Shown here piece by piece: positions 1 through 8,749 of a stretch of DNA of 64,000 nt; the first letter of the stretch is position 1; every line of letters begins with the position of its first letter. Position numbers and translations under genes: made by a program. The notes under the pieces were generated by a model that was given only the letters and a program-made list of their open reading frames with translations, searched no databases and was not told the origin of the DNA. This DNA is from Candidatus Saccharimonadota bacterium. GTDB lineage: Bacteria; Patescibacteriota; Saccharimonadia; Saccharimonadales; AWTP1-31. The stretch is from assembly GCA_026395435.1 (NCBI GenBank), contig JAPLYT010000006.1, positions 31,587 through 95,586 of the forward strand. The letters are read 5' to 3'.

Positions 1-469
1 CTTTTTCAGTTTCCTGGTCAGTCTCCGTAGTATTAGGACTACAAAGTTCAGACAATCTGGTGTCGAAAAGCTTGTCTCGTCCTGAACTGTCGGCGAGTAT
101 TCCACCAGCAATTGTTGAGATATTTTCGGTAAATCCAGCTGATATTTTGGATGGAATAGGCGTCCAAGCTATCATATCATCTTGATCAATTGTTGCAATA
201 CTGCTTCTTTTTGAGGCATTTTCATGTTTGCTGATTGCGATTTTGCTTGTTTTTACCGATTCTACTTCTAATTGTTCCTTGATACCAGTAAAAAACGCTT
301 CCTGATCAACCTCTACTTTGCTTAATTGCTCTAAGCTTTCAGGAAGCGTCGTAATGGATTCGTGAGGAAAAATAAATCGTTCACCAAGAGTGCCGACGAA
401 CGCTCTGGCGGTATCGTCGTATATCGGTAATTCTACAATATGCAGGTTCTTCGGTAAGGATAAGCTCAT
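1..469 (-). CDS. Hypothetical protein, truncated by the left window edge
   Basis: Manual translation from ATG at 469: MSLSLPKNLHIVELPIYDDTARAFVG... stays open to position 1; no recognisable motif. Confidence 0.6.
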   Translation of the reverse strand, partial: MSLSLPKNLHIVELPIYDDTARAFVGTLGERFIFPHESITTLPESLEQLSKVEVDQEAFFTGIKEQLEVESVKTSKIAISKHENASKRSSIATIDQDDMIAWTPIPSKISAGFTENISTIAGGILADSSGRDKLFDTRLSELCSPNTTETDQETEK

Positions 470-565
470 AAACGGCTATTATATAACAAATAAATTAAAT
501 TAGCAACATATTGTATTGCATGTGTATAACTAGTATTCAGTGGCTTTTCTTTTTTTGCCTATTTG

Positions 566-3310
566 TTACGACCCGACACCCATTAGACTCAACGTATGAC
601 CGGATGCGTCTTTGAATATGACCAATTGAGCTGATGCCGTGCGAGATGTTGTCCACGTAAATGTGGTTGTTTGCGAGCCTGTAGATGAAAGCGGCAATCC
701 GAATGATCGACCACCAGTATTCGCGACAAGTTGTAATCGTTCTTCTTGGTAGTTATTAGTAATAGACACTAGAGTACTAAGCGTGCTGTTACCAGAGAAA
801 TAGGCGTAGGCAAAAGCAGGCTGGGCAGTGTTCGATACACCCGAACCCGTAGACAGCGTAGTGACGCTTGATGCTCCAGAGTTGTTTTTGTCTTTAACAT
901 CGAGCGTTGGCGTTCCTACCCAGCCGGCGATCTCAGTTAATCGACAAGAAACGTTAGTAATGCCATTTGTCCATGAAATAGAAGCGGTTGTCTCACCGCC
1001 AGCCGCTATTTTGTAATATATATAGGTATAGGCTGCGCCCGTAGCACTGTTGTTATCTACTTGGGTATAGCCGGTAGGGGCTGATGTTATTGCCCCCGGG
1101 TTAGCCGAACCAAGAGTAACCGCAAATATCAGTAAGGTACCGGCGGTGGCCGTATGCCCATATGATGGTGTCACCGACATCGTGGTATTGCCAGCAGTAT
1201 TTATCTGGGCAATATCAGATGACCACGTGACATATAGCTGCGTAACTGGTGCGGTAAATATGACGTTTGTGTTGCCCGATACGTTGGTAGAGTTTGCTCC
1301 TGCGTAGAACTTATATGGCAATGATGAGTTTATATCTTGAACTGAAAGAAAATCAACAGTATCTACTGGCCCATATAAGGCTAGCTGCGCCTGCGTTCCT
1401 CCTGTCGTTGAGTTTACCGTCATCAATTTACCGGAAGTACCAATAACGTTAAAGTTTTTTACTGTTTGCACCACTAATGCGGTTAAGGATAAGGTTCGAG
1501 CGTTAGTTGCATCAGAAAAGTTAAGCGTATCAAAATAGTTAGATCCTGAGATTACTAGCGAACCCGTAGACCCCGCAACCGTATAGGTGAGAGTTCCGTA
1601 AGTTAAACCACCACCTGCCCACGTACGTGAACTTACACTGGCGTTTGATATGGTCGTAGCGCCACTATCGGTAAAAGTTAAGCCAGTTGTGGTTGTAGCG
1701 TTCCAGATTGTAGCGGCAGCAGTTGTAATGATAAACCAGTTACCTGTTTTGGTAAGTGTTCGAGTCGCTGTTCCGGTAATACTCACTGATGTAAAAGTAT
1801 GCGAATAACCACCATCTACAAATGTACCATTGTTTAATGTTAATATCCCTGAAGGAGAGGAAGTGGTGGAGCTTGAGAGAATCAGGGCATCTTGTGCGGT
1901 ATAAGTTCCGCCGGGGGCTGTAATTGCGAGACCACTATTATTAGATACCGACCAAGTTTTTCCTGCACCTGTAACGGTGTACGAACCTCTACCTCTCAAT
2001 GTCATTGTTTGGGTATTATTCATACTCCAAGTCATACCCGATGCAAGCGTAAATGAACCATAGACATTCGCTGCTGTGTTATTAGTTGCTGTTTTGTTGA
2101 AGCCGGTAAAGTTTACGTTCTTACCCATTCTTGGCATATCAATAGTCAAAGTGGTAGCAGTCGTGGTATTTACTACTACATCATCTTGAGGCAAGGGCAC
2201 ACGGCTTGTCCAAACGGTAACGTCACTCCAAGATTTTGTACCAGAGGTAAATGTCTGGGTGGCAGCGGTTGTAAATGTAATTCCCGTGTTGCCCTGACAA
2301 TCTCCCGAGTTTCCCGTTATTGCAGAGAGGTTCCAGTTTGCCGCACCGGCAGCAGTGATGTCCATCCAATCCGAATTGGAAGTGGACACCGTTGCAGCCG
2401 TTATAGTGACTGCTGTTCCAACCGTAAGTGATTGCACTAATACTCGGTTAATGGATGAGTTGCCGTTTACAGTACAAGTCCCTGTGACGGTTAGGTTGCA
2501 CCCAAGGGTAAGTGAATCTGTTTTGGCTGCAGTACCTGTTCGGTTGTAGGTCCCGACCGTTATCGTTGGAGTACTCGTAGTTCCTACTTGAGCGTTACCT
2601 GAACCAGACTGGAACAGCGTCAATCCTCCATAATTATTACCAGACGTGGCGCTTACATCAAATTGGGGTGTAGTGCTAGATTGTGTAATTGTTGCGCTAT
2701 TGGCAGTAATAGTTGTCCCCGTAGTTCTCATCGACCATGAGTTACAACTAATTGATGAGCTTCCAAGTGTAAGTGTTTTAGTCCCGGTACCGCTTGTAAA
2801 TGATGTTGGAGTCATGGCAAAACTTCCCGTATTGAACGTGCCGTTATTGAACGTAAATGTAGTACACGTTAAGGTGCTGGCCATCAGATATGACGACCCG
2901 ACACCGTCTACCGTTACACCTGGAAGCGTTTTACCGCCAGTATTTATGGATTGTTGCGTTGTGGAGGTCGATTTGAATGTAATCACGCCTTGGGCGGTGT
3001 TGGTTATGGTCGCCGTAGATCCAATCGACATAGCTATATTACCGAGCCCTACTGTTGCGTCACCAATATTTAGTAAAGAAGTGGTAGCTGCAAATGTGAG
3101 TCCGCCACCATTACTTACGGTAAATGAGCGCGCCAAGGCGGTATAGGCAGCCGGTATGGTCACCGTAAAAGGACTTGGGATAACGACATCATCGGCAGCA
3201 GTGGGAACACTCGCAAAAGCAGTTGCCCAGTTATTTGTGCTTGTTGCTGTAATGGTAGCCACTAAAGCAGTTGCCCAGTTATTTGTGCTTGTTGCTGTAA
3301 TGGTAGCCAC
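566..3310 (-). CDS. Large Thr/Ser/Gly-rich beta-solenoid protein resembling phage tail-fibre/adhesin proteins
   Basis: 914 aa with repetitive beta-strand pattern (TFTFNNGTFNTGSF, LTLNNGTFVDGGY); motifs VPTAADDV and RVPLPQDDV recalled from uncultured-phage fibre proteins; no signal peptide or TM segment. Confidence 0.65.
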   Translation of the reverse strand: MATITATSTNNWATALVATITATSTNNWATAFASVPTAADDVVIPSPFTVTIPAAYTALARSFTVSNGGGLTFAATTSLLNIGDATVGLGNIAMSIGSTATITNTAQGVITFKSTSTTQQSINTGGKTLPGVTVDGVGSSYLMASTLTCTTFTFNNGTFNTGSFAMTPTSFTSGTGTKTLTLGSSSISCNSWSMRTTGTTITANSATITQSSTTPQFDVSATSGNNYGGLTLFQSGSGNAQVGTTSTPTITVGTYNRTGTAAKTDSLTLGCNLTVTGTCTVNGNSSINRVLVQSLTVGTAVTITAATVSTSNSDWMDITAAGAANWNLSAITGNSGDCQGNTGITFTTAATQTFTSGTKSWSDVTVWTSRVPLPQDDVVVNTTTATTLTIDMPRMGKNVNFTGFNKTATNNTAANVYGSFTLASGMTWSMNNTQTMTLRGRGSYTVTGAGKTWSVSNNSGLAITAPGGTYTAQDALILSSSTTSSPSGILTLNNGTFVDGGYSHTFTSVSITGTATRTLTKTGNWFIITTAAATIWNATTTTGLTFTDSGATTISNASVSSRTWAGGGLTYGTLTYTVAGSTGSLVISGSNYFDTLNFSDATNARTLSLTALVVQTVKNFNVIGTSGKLMTVNSTTGGTQAQLALYGPVDTVDFLSVQDINSSLPYKFYAGANSTNVSGNTNVIFTAPVTQLYVTWSSDIAQINTAGNTTMSVTPSYGHTATAGTLLIFAVTLGSANPGAITSAPTGYTQVDNNSATGAAYTYIYYKIAAGGETTASISWTNGITNVSCRLTEIAGWVGTPTLDVKDKNNSGASSVTTLSTGSGVSNTAQPAFAYAYFSGNSTLSTLVSITNNYQEERLQLVANTGGRSFGLPLSSTGSQTTTFTWTTSRTASAQLVIFKDASGHTLSLMGVGS

Positions 3311-3311
3311 T
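3216..3311. repeat. Perfect 48-bp tandem duplication covering the start of the 914-aa gene
   Basis: aaagcagttgcccagttatttgtgcttgttgctgtaatggtagccact at 3216-3263 and 3264-3311; encodes ATITATSTNNWATA twice. Confidence 0.95.
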
Positions 3312-3540
3312 ACAACCCGCCTAGCGCATCGGTTACGTCAGAGGCGATCTGGCTGGCAATGGGTGGCTCTATAGGTAGCAGTGGAGGCTCGGTGATTAAG
3401 GCAAGCCAGGTATTAAACCTGGCTTGAGCATCAGACTGTATCTGGCTGGCGCTCGGCACCGACCCTTGCTCATAATAGAGCGCATCACTATATTCCCAGC
3501 CACCTTGACTTACCGTAAATGGAACTTTGACTAATGCCAC
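3310..3540 (-). CDS. Small hypothetical protein resembling phage fibre-associated proteins
   Basis: 76 aa; pattern YSDAL...QARFNTWLALI; TAG stop overlaps the GTG start of the fibre gene (TAGTG coupling). Confidence 0.65.
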   Translation of the reverse strand: MALVKVPFTVSQGGWEYSDALYYEQGSVPSASQIQSDAQARFNTWLALITEPPLLPIEPPIASQIASDVTDALGGL

Positions 3541-3543
3541 CTT

Positions 3544-3984
3544 TTAGACCTCTACGTACGTTAGGTGCCCACCAACCGCTACGGCTGCGGATAAGTTGAT
3601 ATTGAGTGCTTCACCAGAAGCTGTTTCGAAGTGTCCGGTTGGTGCGTAGGCGCCAGATACACCACCGTTAGCAGACAAGTACAACAGACCTGTTTTGTCG
3701 GTAGTGTTGCTCTGAAACTTGATGTTAACAGTGGCGTTCGTCACTACCACGTAGCTTATGACTCGAATCTTTTTGGCCGCCACGAGTGCAACTACGCTTG
3801 TATTTCCCGATGCCGATGCGGTTATGACCGCAAACTTTGGCGTAAGTGAAGATGTACCATTGTAAATTGCCGATGTCTCTTGGCTGGCCGCTGCTGGCAC
3901 TGCCGTCTGGTTCGAGGCAATAACTACAGGTGCAGAGCTGGCCATAGCAGCTTGGCCGTTGGGGTTTTGCGGGTTGTAACTCAT
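3544..3984 (-). CDS. Hypothetical beta-rich, phage-virion-like protein
   Basis: 146 aa; GQAAMASSAPVVIASNQ N-terminus; 3-bp gap to the next gene. Confidence 0.6.
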   Translation of the reverse strand: MSYNPQNPNGQAAMASSAPVVIASNQTAVPAAASQETSAIYNGTSSLTPKFAVITASASGNTSVVALVAAKKIRVISYVVVTNATVNIKFQSNTTDKTGLLYLSANGGVSGAYAPTGHFETASGEALNINLSAAVAVGGHLTYVEV

Positions 3985-4022
3985 ATGGATTGATTATATA
4001 TGATTTTTACCCATGCGGGAAT

Positions 4023-4937
4023 CTAACCATGAACAGTTTTGGTTGCCGATACATTCATGATGTCCATAAACATACGTGGACGGGAAGCGACAGGCTGTTC
4101 AGTAGCTAATGATTGTGGCATTACACGCGATGCAGGTCGGATAGTCTTGGCGACTTGGACTGGAGCGACTGGCTGAAGTGTAAGGGGAGGTGCCTCATAG
4201 AGCGTGAGTGTAGCGGGCATTTTGATCTCAAAGGTCGCAGCCGGTTTGTGCTTTTTATTGGTGATCAAAACAGCTATTGCACCGATTTCAAACAATACGA
4301 TGATCGGCATGGCCACAAGCATCTGATTGATCGGATCTACGGTAGGCGTGATGACGCCAGCAAAAATGATCGATCCAACGATTGCCGGTCGCTGATATTT
4401 AAGAATCGTCCCCGGAGGAAAGCGCCGGATTTTGTTAGCGAAGAACAAAATGAGTGGCAGCTGAAATGCGATAACGGTACCCGCGACATAGGCAAACAAG
4501 AATTTTACATAATCACTGACGCTTATGAGCGCCTTGACGTTGCTACTATTGAAGGTAGTCAGGAATTGGAGCGCAGCAGGAAGGCTCACTACGTAGGCAT
4601 AAATGATTGCAAGGACAACCAGCACTAATGACGATATCAAAATAACTAAAATAGACCGAGTTTTGAGGGGTTTGATGGCAGGCCGAGCGAATTGGACCAG
4701 TTGGAAAAGCAAAAGTGGCAAGGTGAATAGTACGCCGATACAGAGTGAAATCTGCATCACAAAACTAAGGCCGCCAGCAGGGTTGGAGTAGTACAAGGTC
4801 TGCCCTAGCGGCTTCTGTAGAAAACCTTCGATGGGTTTATGGATCATAAATCCGATGCCACTGCCTACGGCAAGCACTAAAAGACACGCTATCAGGCGAA
4901 TCTTGAGTTCATGCAGGTGTTCCGCAAACGTTTTCAT
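4023..4937 (-). CDS. tatC: Twin-arginine translocase subunit TatC
   Basis: FAEHLHELKIRL N-terminal motif, six hydrophobic segments, FQLP and ITPTVDPINQ motifs; next to tatA. Confidence 0.92.
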   Translation of the reverse strand: MKTFAEHLHELKIRLIACLLVLAVGSGIGFMIHKPIEGFLQKPLGQTLYYSNPAGGLSFVMQISLCIGVLFTLPLLLFQLVQFARPAIKPLKTRSILVILISSLVLVVLAIIYAYVVSLPAALQFLTTFNSSNVKALISVSDYVKFLFAYVAGTVIAFQLPLILFFANKIRRFPPGTILKYQRPAIVGSIIFAGVITPTVDPINQMLVAMPIIVLFEIGAIAVLITNKKHKPAATFEIKMPATLTLYEAPPLTLQPVAPVQVAKTIRPASRVMPQSLATEQPVASRPRMFMDIMNVSATKTVHG

Positions 4938-5009
4938 TGATTTTTATCTTTATTTTATAGTTTTGATTTTAGCTATTAGCTACAGGGGGTAGTATACAAC
5001 ACGCTTACG

Positions 5010-5195
5010 CTAGTTGTCACTCTTTTTTTCAACTTTTTTAGAAGAGTCATCTTCGCCATTCATACCTTTTTTGATTTCACGTCCAAATCCACCCAAACTT
5101 CGTCCGAGTTCTGGTAGTTTTGCTGCTCCGAAAAGGAGCATCAGCACAAGTGCGATAAGTAGTAGTTCTGGCAAGCCAAGTCCGAATATTTCCAT
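5010..5195 (-). CDS. tatA: Twin-arginine translocase subunit TatA/E
   Basis: GLGLPELLLIALVLMLLFGAAKLPELGRSLG: TM helix, FG hinge, amphipathic helix. Confidence 0.93.
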   Translation of the reverse strand: MEIFGLGLPELLLIALVLMLLFGAAKLPELGRSLGGFGREIKKGMNGEDDSSKKVEKKSDN

Positions 5196-5309
5196 AGTTG
5201 TTCCCTCTAATATTAGTAGCTATATGATACCACATTTTAGCAACTCGTATGCACGCTTAGTAAAGCGTAAGCATGCTATAATTGGGCCATAGATCAAGAG
5301 GTTAGACGC

Positions 5310-5513
5310 ATGCTGGGTAGTGAAAAGCTAAAAAATCTGATGGAAACACCGATGAGTCGCAAAGAATTTTTGCGCTATATGGGCATTATGTTGCTGTCAG
5401 TTATTGGTGTCGGCAATGCTATCTCTGCCCTCAGTGACAGTCACAAAAAAGCCCTCGGCCCAAGCAGCCCGCTCAAGAGAAACGGATTTGGCGGCGGAAA
5501 GTACGGGAGCTAA
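5310..5513 (+). CDS. 67-aa peptide that is essentially a Tat-type signal (SRKEFL + h-region) with a short Gly/aromatic tail
   Basis: MSRKEFLRYMGIMLLSVIGVGNAISA matches S-R-R-x-F-L with RK; ends NGFGGGKYGS; GAGG upstream; divergent from tatA. Confidence 0.75.
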   Translation: MLGSEKLKNLMETPMSRKEFLRYMGIMLLSVIGVGNAISALSDSHKKALGPSSPLKRNGFGGGKYGS

Positions 5514-5516
5514 GTA

Positions 5517-6221
5517 GTGCCAACTCCACAACGACTTCCATCAGTGAACGGCGATGACGGGGTATGGGGTGATATCCTCAATCAGTTTATTGGCAAAGAG
5601 CATTATGATTCCGGATCTGATAGCGCAACCAACGGAGGACACCAAAAGATAACCATCCGGGCAGGATCGGCTACAGCCGGAACAGCTCCACTTAAATTTA
5701 CTTCTGGCACTATCCTTTCCACTCCAGAGGCAGGTGCCGTCGAATTTAATACCGATCGACTTTATTTCACCCAGACAACAAGCACTACACGAAAGGTGAT
5801 TGCTGCGTTCGATGACACCAGCGGTGCAACCGGTGATTTGTATTATCGCGATGCATCAGGTAACTTCACTCGGCTTGGCGTGGGCAGTGGCGTACAAGTC
5901 TTACGTACCGTTTCAGGTTTGCCATCTTGGGGTCAAGTGATCATGGCAACCGCCAGCAAAACCTCGAGCTACACCATTACTGCCAACGACACCGTAATTT
6001 TGGGCGATGCAACAAGTGGTAACGTCACCATTACCCTCCCGCTTGCCTCAATTGCGAGTGGCTACCGATTCTTCATCAAAAAATCCGACAGTTCCGCCAA
6101 TAGTGTCATCATTACACGCTCTGGAAGTGATACTATCGACGGCTCAACGTCGGCAACTGTCACGGTCCAATATGTTTCGTTAACCGTTGTTTCCGACGGT
6201 TCTAACTGGTATATCATCTAA
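5517..6221 (+). CDS. Signal-less tail-fibre-like protein
   Basis: N-terminal RLPSVNGDDGVWGDILNQF, internal AGTAPLKFTSG...EAGAVEF, C-terminal TITLP...IKKSD...DTIDG...SDGSNWYII; all recalled from phage fibre proteins. Confidence 0.7.
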   Translation: MPTPQRLPSVNGDDGVWGDILNQFIGKEHYDSGSDSATNGGHQKITIRAGSATAGTAPLKFTSGTILSTPEAGAVEFNTDRLYFTQTTSTTRKVIAAFDDTSGATGDLYYRDASGNFTRLGVGSGVQVLRTVSGLPSWGQVIMATASKTSSYTITANDTVILGDATSGNVTITLPLASIASGYRFFIKKSDSSANSVIITRSGSDTIDGSTSATVTVQYVSLTVVSDGSNWYII

Positions 6222-6225
6222 ATAT

Positions 6226-7116
6226 ATGCGAAAAATTCTTGTCGTTTTGCTCCTTATCGTGAGTATCTGTATTCCTGCGCATGCCTATGCAGAAACCAAA
6301 CTTAAGGGGCTCCAAGTATCTCCACTTCGGAGTCGCCCCGCGTTACGGCCAGGAGACACCAGCACCGGCCAGCTGTCGCTTTCTAACAATACCGATTCAG
6401 CATCTCTCGTAACGCTCTATGTAGAACGATTCCGGGTGACCGACGAAGACTACCACTATGATTTTGCACCTGGCGAACATACCGACTGGGTGCGTCTGGC
6501 CGATACCAAAATCCAGCTTAATAAAAATGAGAACAAAAAAGTAGCCTATAGTCTTGCGATCCCAAGTGATGCGCCTCCCGGTGGCTACTATTTTGCTGTA
6601 TTTGCCAGCACTGAGAGTTCCGGCTCTGGTAGCTCTTTTAAAGAAGTGAAGCGGGTAGCTTCGCTCATCTATTTAGAAGTGGGTGGCGTACTCAGCAAAA
6701 AAGTAAACCTACTGGGAACCGACGCACCTTGGTTCACCAAATCACGACAATTACGCATTGATAGTCGCCTTGCCAATCAGGGAAATACGCATGTCGAGGC
6801 CCGGCTTAAGCAATCCATCCGCCCATTCGTTGGGCCAGTGCCAGAATCGGTTCAAAAAGAAGGGCTGATCCTTCCAGGAAGTATTCGCAAACTACGTTCA
6901 ACCGTCAAAATCCCCTGGTGGCCCGGCATCTACAAACTGTCAGTAGATTATTCACCGCCGCAGGGAGGTCCCACGCAGTCCATCCGCCAAATTCTGATCT
7001 ACTTCCCTGTCTGGGCCTGGATGACGAGCCTTTTAATCTTGATACTTTTGGTTTGGCGTATTATTGGTCGAAAATTTAATCCGTCTGGGGCGCAGCGGTA
7101 TACACGACCGAGGTGA
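6226..7116 (+). CDS. DUF916 / WxL-interacting-like secreted protein with C-terminal TM anchor
   Basis: Signal peptide (AHAYA), GLQVSP, IPSDAPPGGYY, NQGNTHV, ILPGSIRK, TM + basic tail; start moved to ATG 6226. Confidence 0.7.
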   Translation: MRKILVVLLLIVSICIPAHAYAETKLKGLQVSPLRSRPALRPGDTSTGQLSLSNNTDSASLVTLYVERFRVTDEDYHYDFAPGEHTDWVRLADTKIQLNKNENKKVAYSLAIPSDAPPGGYYFAVFASTESSGSGSSFKEVKRVASLIYLEVGGVLSKKVNLLGTDAPWFTKSRQLRIDSRLANQGNTHVEARLKQSIRPFVGPVPESVQKEGLILPGSIRKLRSTVKIPWWPGIYKLSVDYSPPQGGPTQSIRQILIYFPVWAWMTSLLILILLVWRIIGRKFNPSGAQRYTRPR

Positions 7117-7663
7117 CATAATTTCCGGCAGGTTTTTGATTATCCAATTTAACGCCGTATGTAAAGGTTGTTGGGTCGCCGGAACTAAACGGCCCGCTTG
7201 CTGATTTAACGAGTACATTGCTGGCTGTCATTCCGATAAAGTTAGTACCCGAACCACTAGTATTGTAGCCCCATGTATTGACCGCCAAAGGCAATGAAGT
7301 TATGTTTGCGCTTGCAGGTAGTACTGCCGGGCCGTTAGTCATATCACTTGACGTCAAAGACCGTATATATAAAGTGTAGCCAACCACATCAGTTGACGTG
7401 ACAGTGACGATATTATTGCCGGTTCCTATAACGCCATTATCGTCTGGGGTAATCTGAATTGAAACATCAGCGCCCGTCGCAATCGATAAGCTTGTCTGAG
7501 AGCCGTAAGGGACGTTGGCGCCATATGTTCCTTTACCATATGGCTGTGCATATACAGCACTGTTGAACGAAAATCCGATTATACACAGAGCCATACTCAA
7601 AAATGTAATTTTGTGTACGATTTTGTGGCGAATAATGTAAATCATTGCTATCATTATAACCAT
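7076..7663 (-). CDS. Secreted WxL-like single-domain protein
   Basis: Signal peptide ending AVYA; VTVTS...GYTL; C-terminal PAGNYVTSVVYTA; true start probably a few codons downstream. Confidence 0.6.
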   Translation of the reverse strand: MVIMIAMIYIIRHKIVHKITFLSMALCIIGFSFNSAVYAQPYGKGTYGANVPYGSQTSLSIATGADVSIQITPDDNGVIGTGNNIVTVTSTDVVGYTLYIRSLTSSDMTNGPAVLPASANITSLPLAVNTWGYNTSGSGTNFIGMTASNVLVKSASGPFSSGDPTTFTYGVKLDNQKPAGNYVTSVVYTAAPQTD

Positions 7664-8681
7664 GTACAGTTTGAGAGTGAAAGCAAAGCGTCTTTCTTTA
7701 TGGGGATCAGCGTTCGTACTTACCGGAGTAAGTTTCTTCAGTATGGTCGTATCTGCTTCTGCAGCTCAGCTCACGACTCGTAGTTTCACCCTTGGAAGCA
7801 CTCTAGCATCGGCAGCTACTTCTTATACGCTGAACTTCACAACCGGAACTACTGCTACATTCCAATCTTTCCAGGCACAAATGTGTACGACTGCATCTGG
7901 AACATGTACGACCCCAACCGGTTTTAGTGTCAGCTCACCAGGTTCTACATTCACTTCTACGACCTTGTCTGGCTCATGGACTGTTAGCAACGCTACTGCT
8001 GGCAGCTTGCGTGCTTCGGCAACCGGTGCGTCAAGCACTACTAGTGGCGCGGCTAAGCAAATAATTTTTGGAAGTGTCACCAACCCAAGTGCTACCAACA
8101 GTACATTCTATGCCCGAATAACACTTTACTCTGACGCTGCCTGGACAACAGCTGTAGACACTGGAACAGTAGCCTCTTCAACAGCAGGTCAAATTACGGT
8201 TACAGCAAGTGTCGATGAAACACTAACCTTTACGCTCGCCAGTGCTACTGTAGCGCTTGGTACGCTCAGCACCAGTAGCACCGGTTCAGGGACTTCCACG
8301 ATGACTGCATCCACGAATGCATCAGGAGGTTATGCTATTACCGTCAACGGGACTACGCTTACCTCAGGAGCAAATACCATAGCAGCCATGGCTGCTAACG
8401 CTGCTTCTTCCCAAGGAACTGGTCAGTTTGGCATCAACTTGAAGGCAAACACGACACCAAGTGTCGGATCGAATGCAAGTGGTGCAGGTTCAGGTGTTGC
8501 TGCAACCAACTACAACACCGCTGATTCATTCCGTTTTGTCACCGGTGAAACTGTGGCATCTGCTTCTGCCGCAACCAATAGCAATACGTTCACCACTAGC
8601 TACATTGCCAACATTGGCGGAGTGCAGGCACCAGGGTCATATAGCACTACGCTGACCTATATTGCTACTGCAACCTTCTAG
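7662..8681 (+). CDS. Secreted Ser/Thr-rich WxL-like protein (possible major surface subunit)
   Basis: Signal peptide (ASAA), STNASGGYAITV, C-terminal APGSYSTTLTYIATATF. Confidence 0.7.
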   Translation: MYSLRVKAKRLSLWGSAFVLTGVSFFSMVVSASAAQLTTRSFTLGSTLASAATSYTLNFTTGTTATFQSFQAQMCTTASGTCTTPTGFSVSSPGSTFTSTTLSGSWTVSNATAGSLRASATGASSTTSGAAKQIIFGSVTNPSATNSTFYARITLYSDAAWTTAVDTGTVASSTAGQITVTASVDETLTFTLASATVALGTLSTSSTGSGTSTMTASTNASGGYAITVNGTTLTSGANTIAAMAANAASSQGTGQFGINLKANTTPSVGSNASGAGSGVAATNYNTADSFRFVTGETVASASAATNSNTFTTSYIANIGGVQAPGSYSTTLTYIATATF

Positions 8682-8749
8682 AGGATAAATGCTAAATAAC
8701 TCTAGGCTACAGTGGTACAATAGGTAAGATACGTTTGAGAGGTAAATGA

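Noticed and set aside
566..6221. Intact prophage
   Set aside because: Only fibre-like genes; no terminase, capsid, portal, lysis or integrase genes, and tatAC is interleaved
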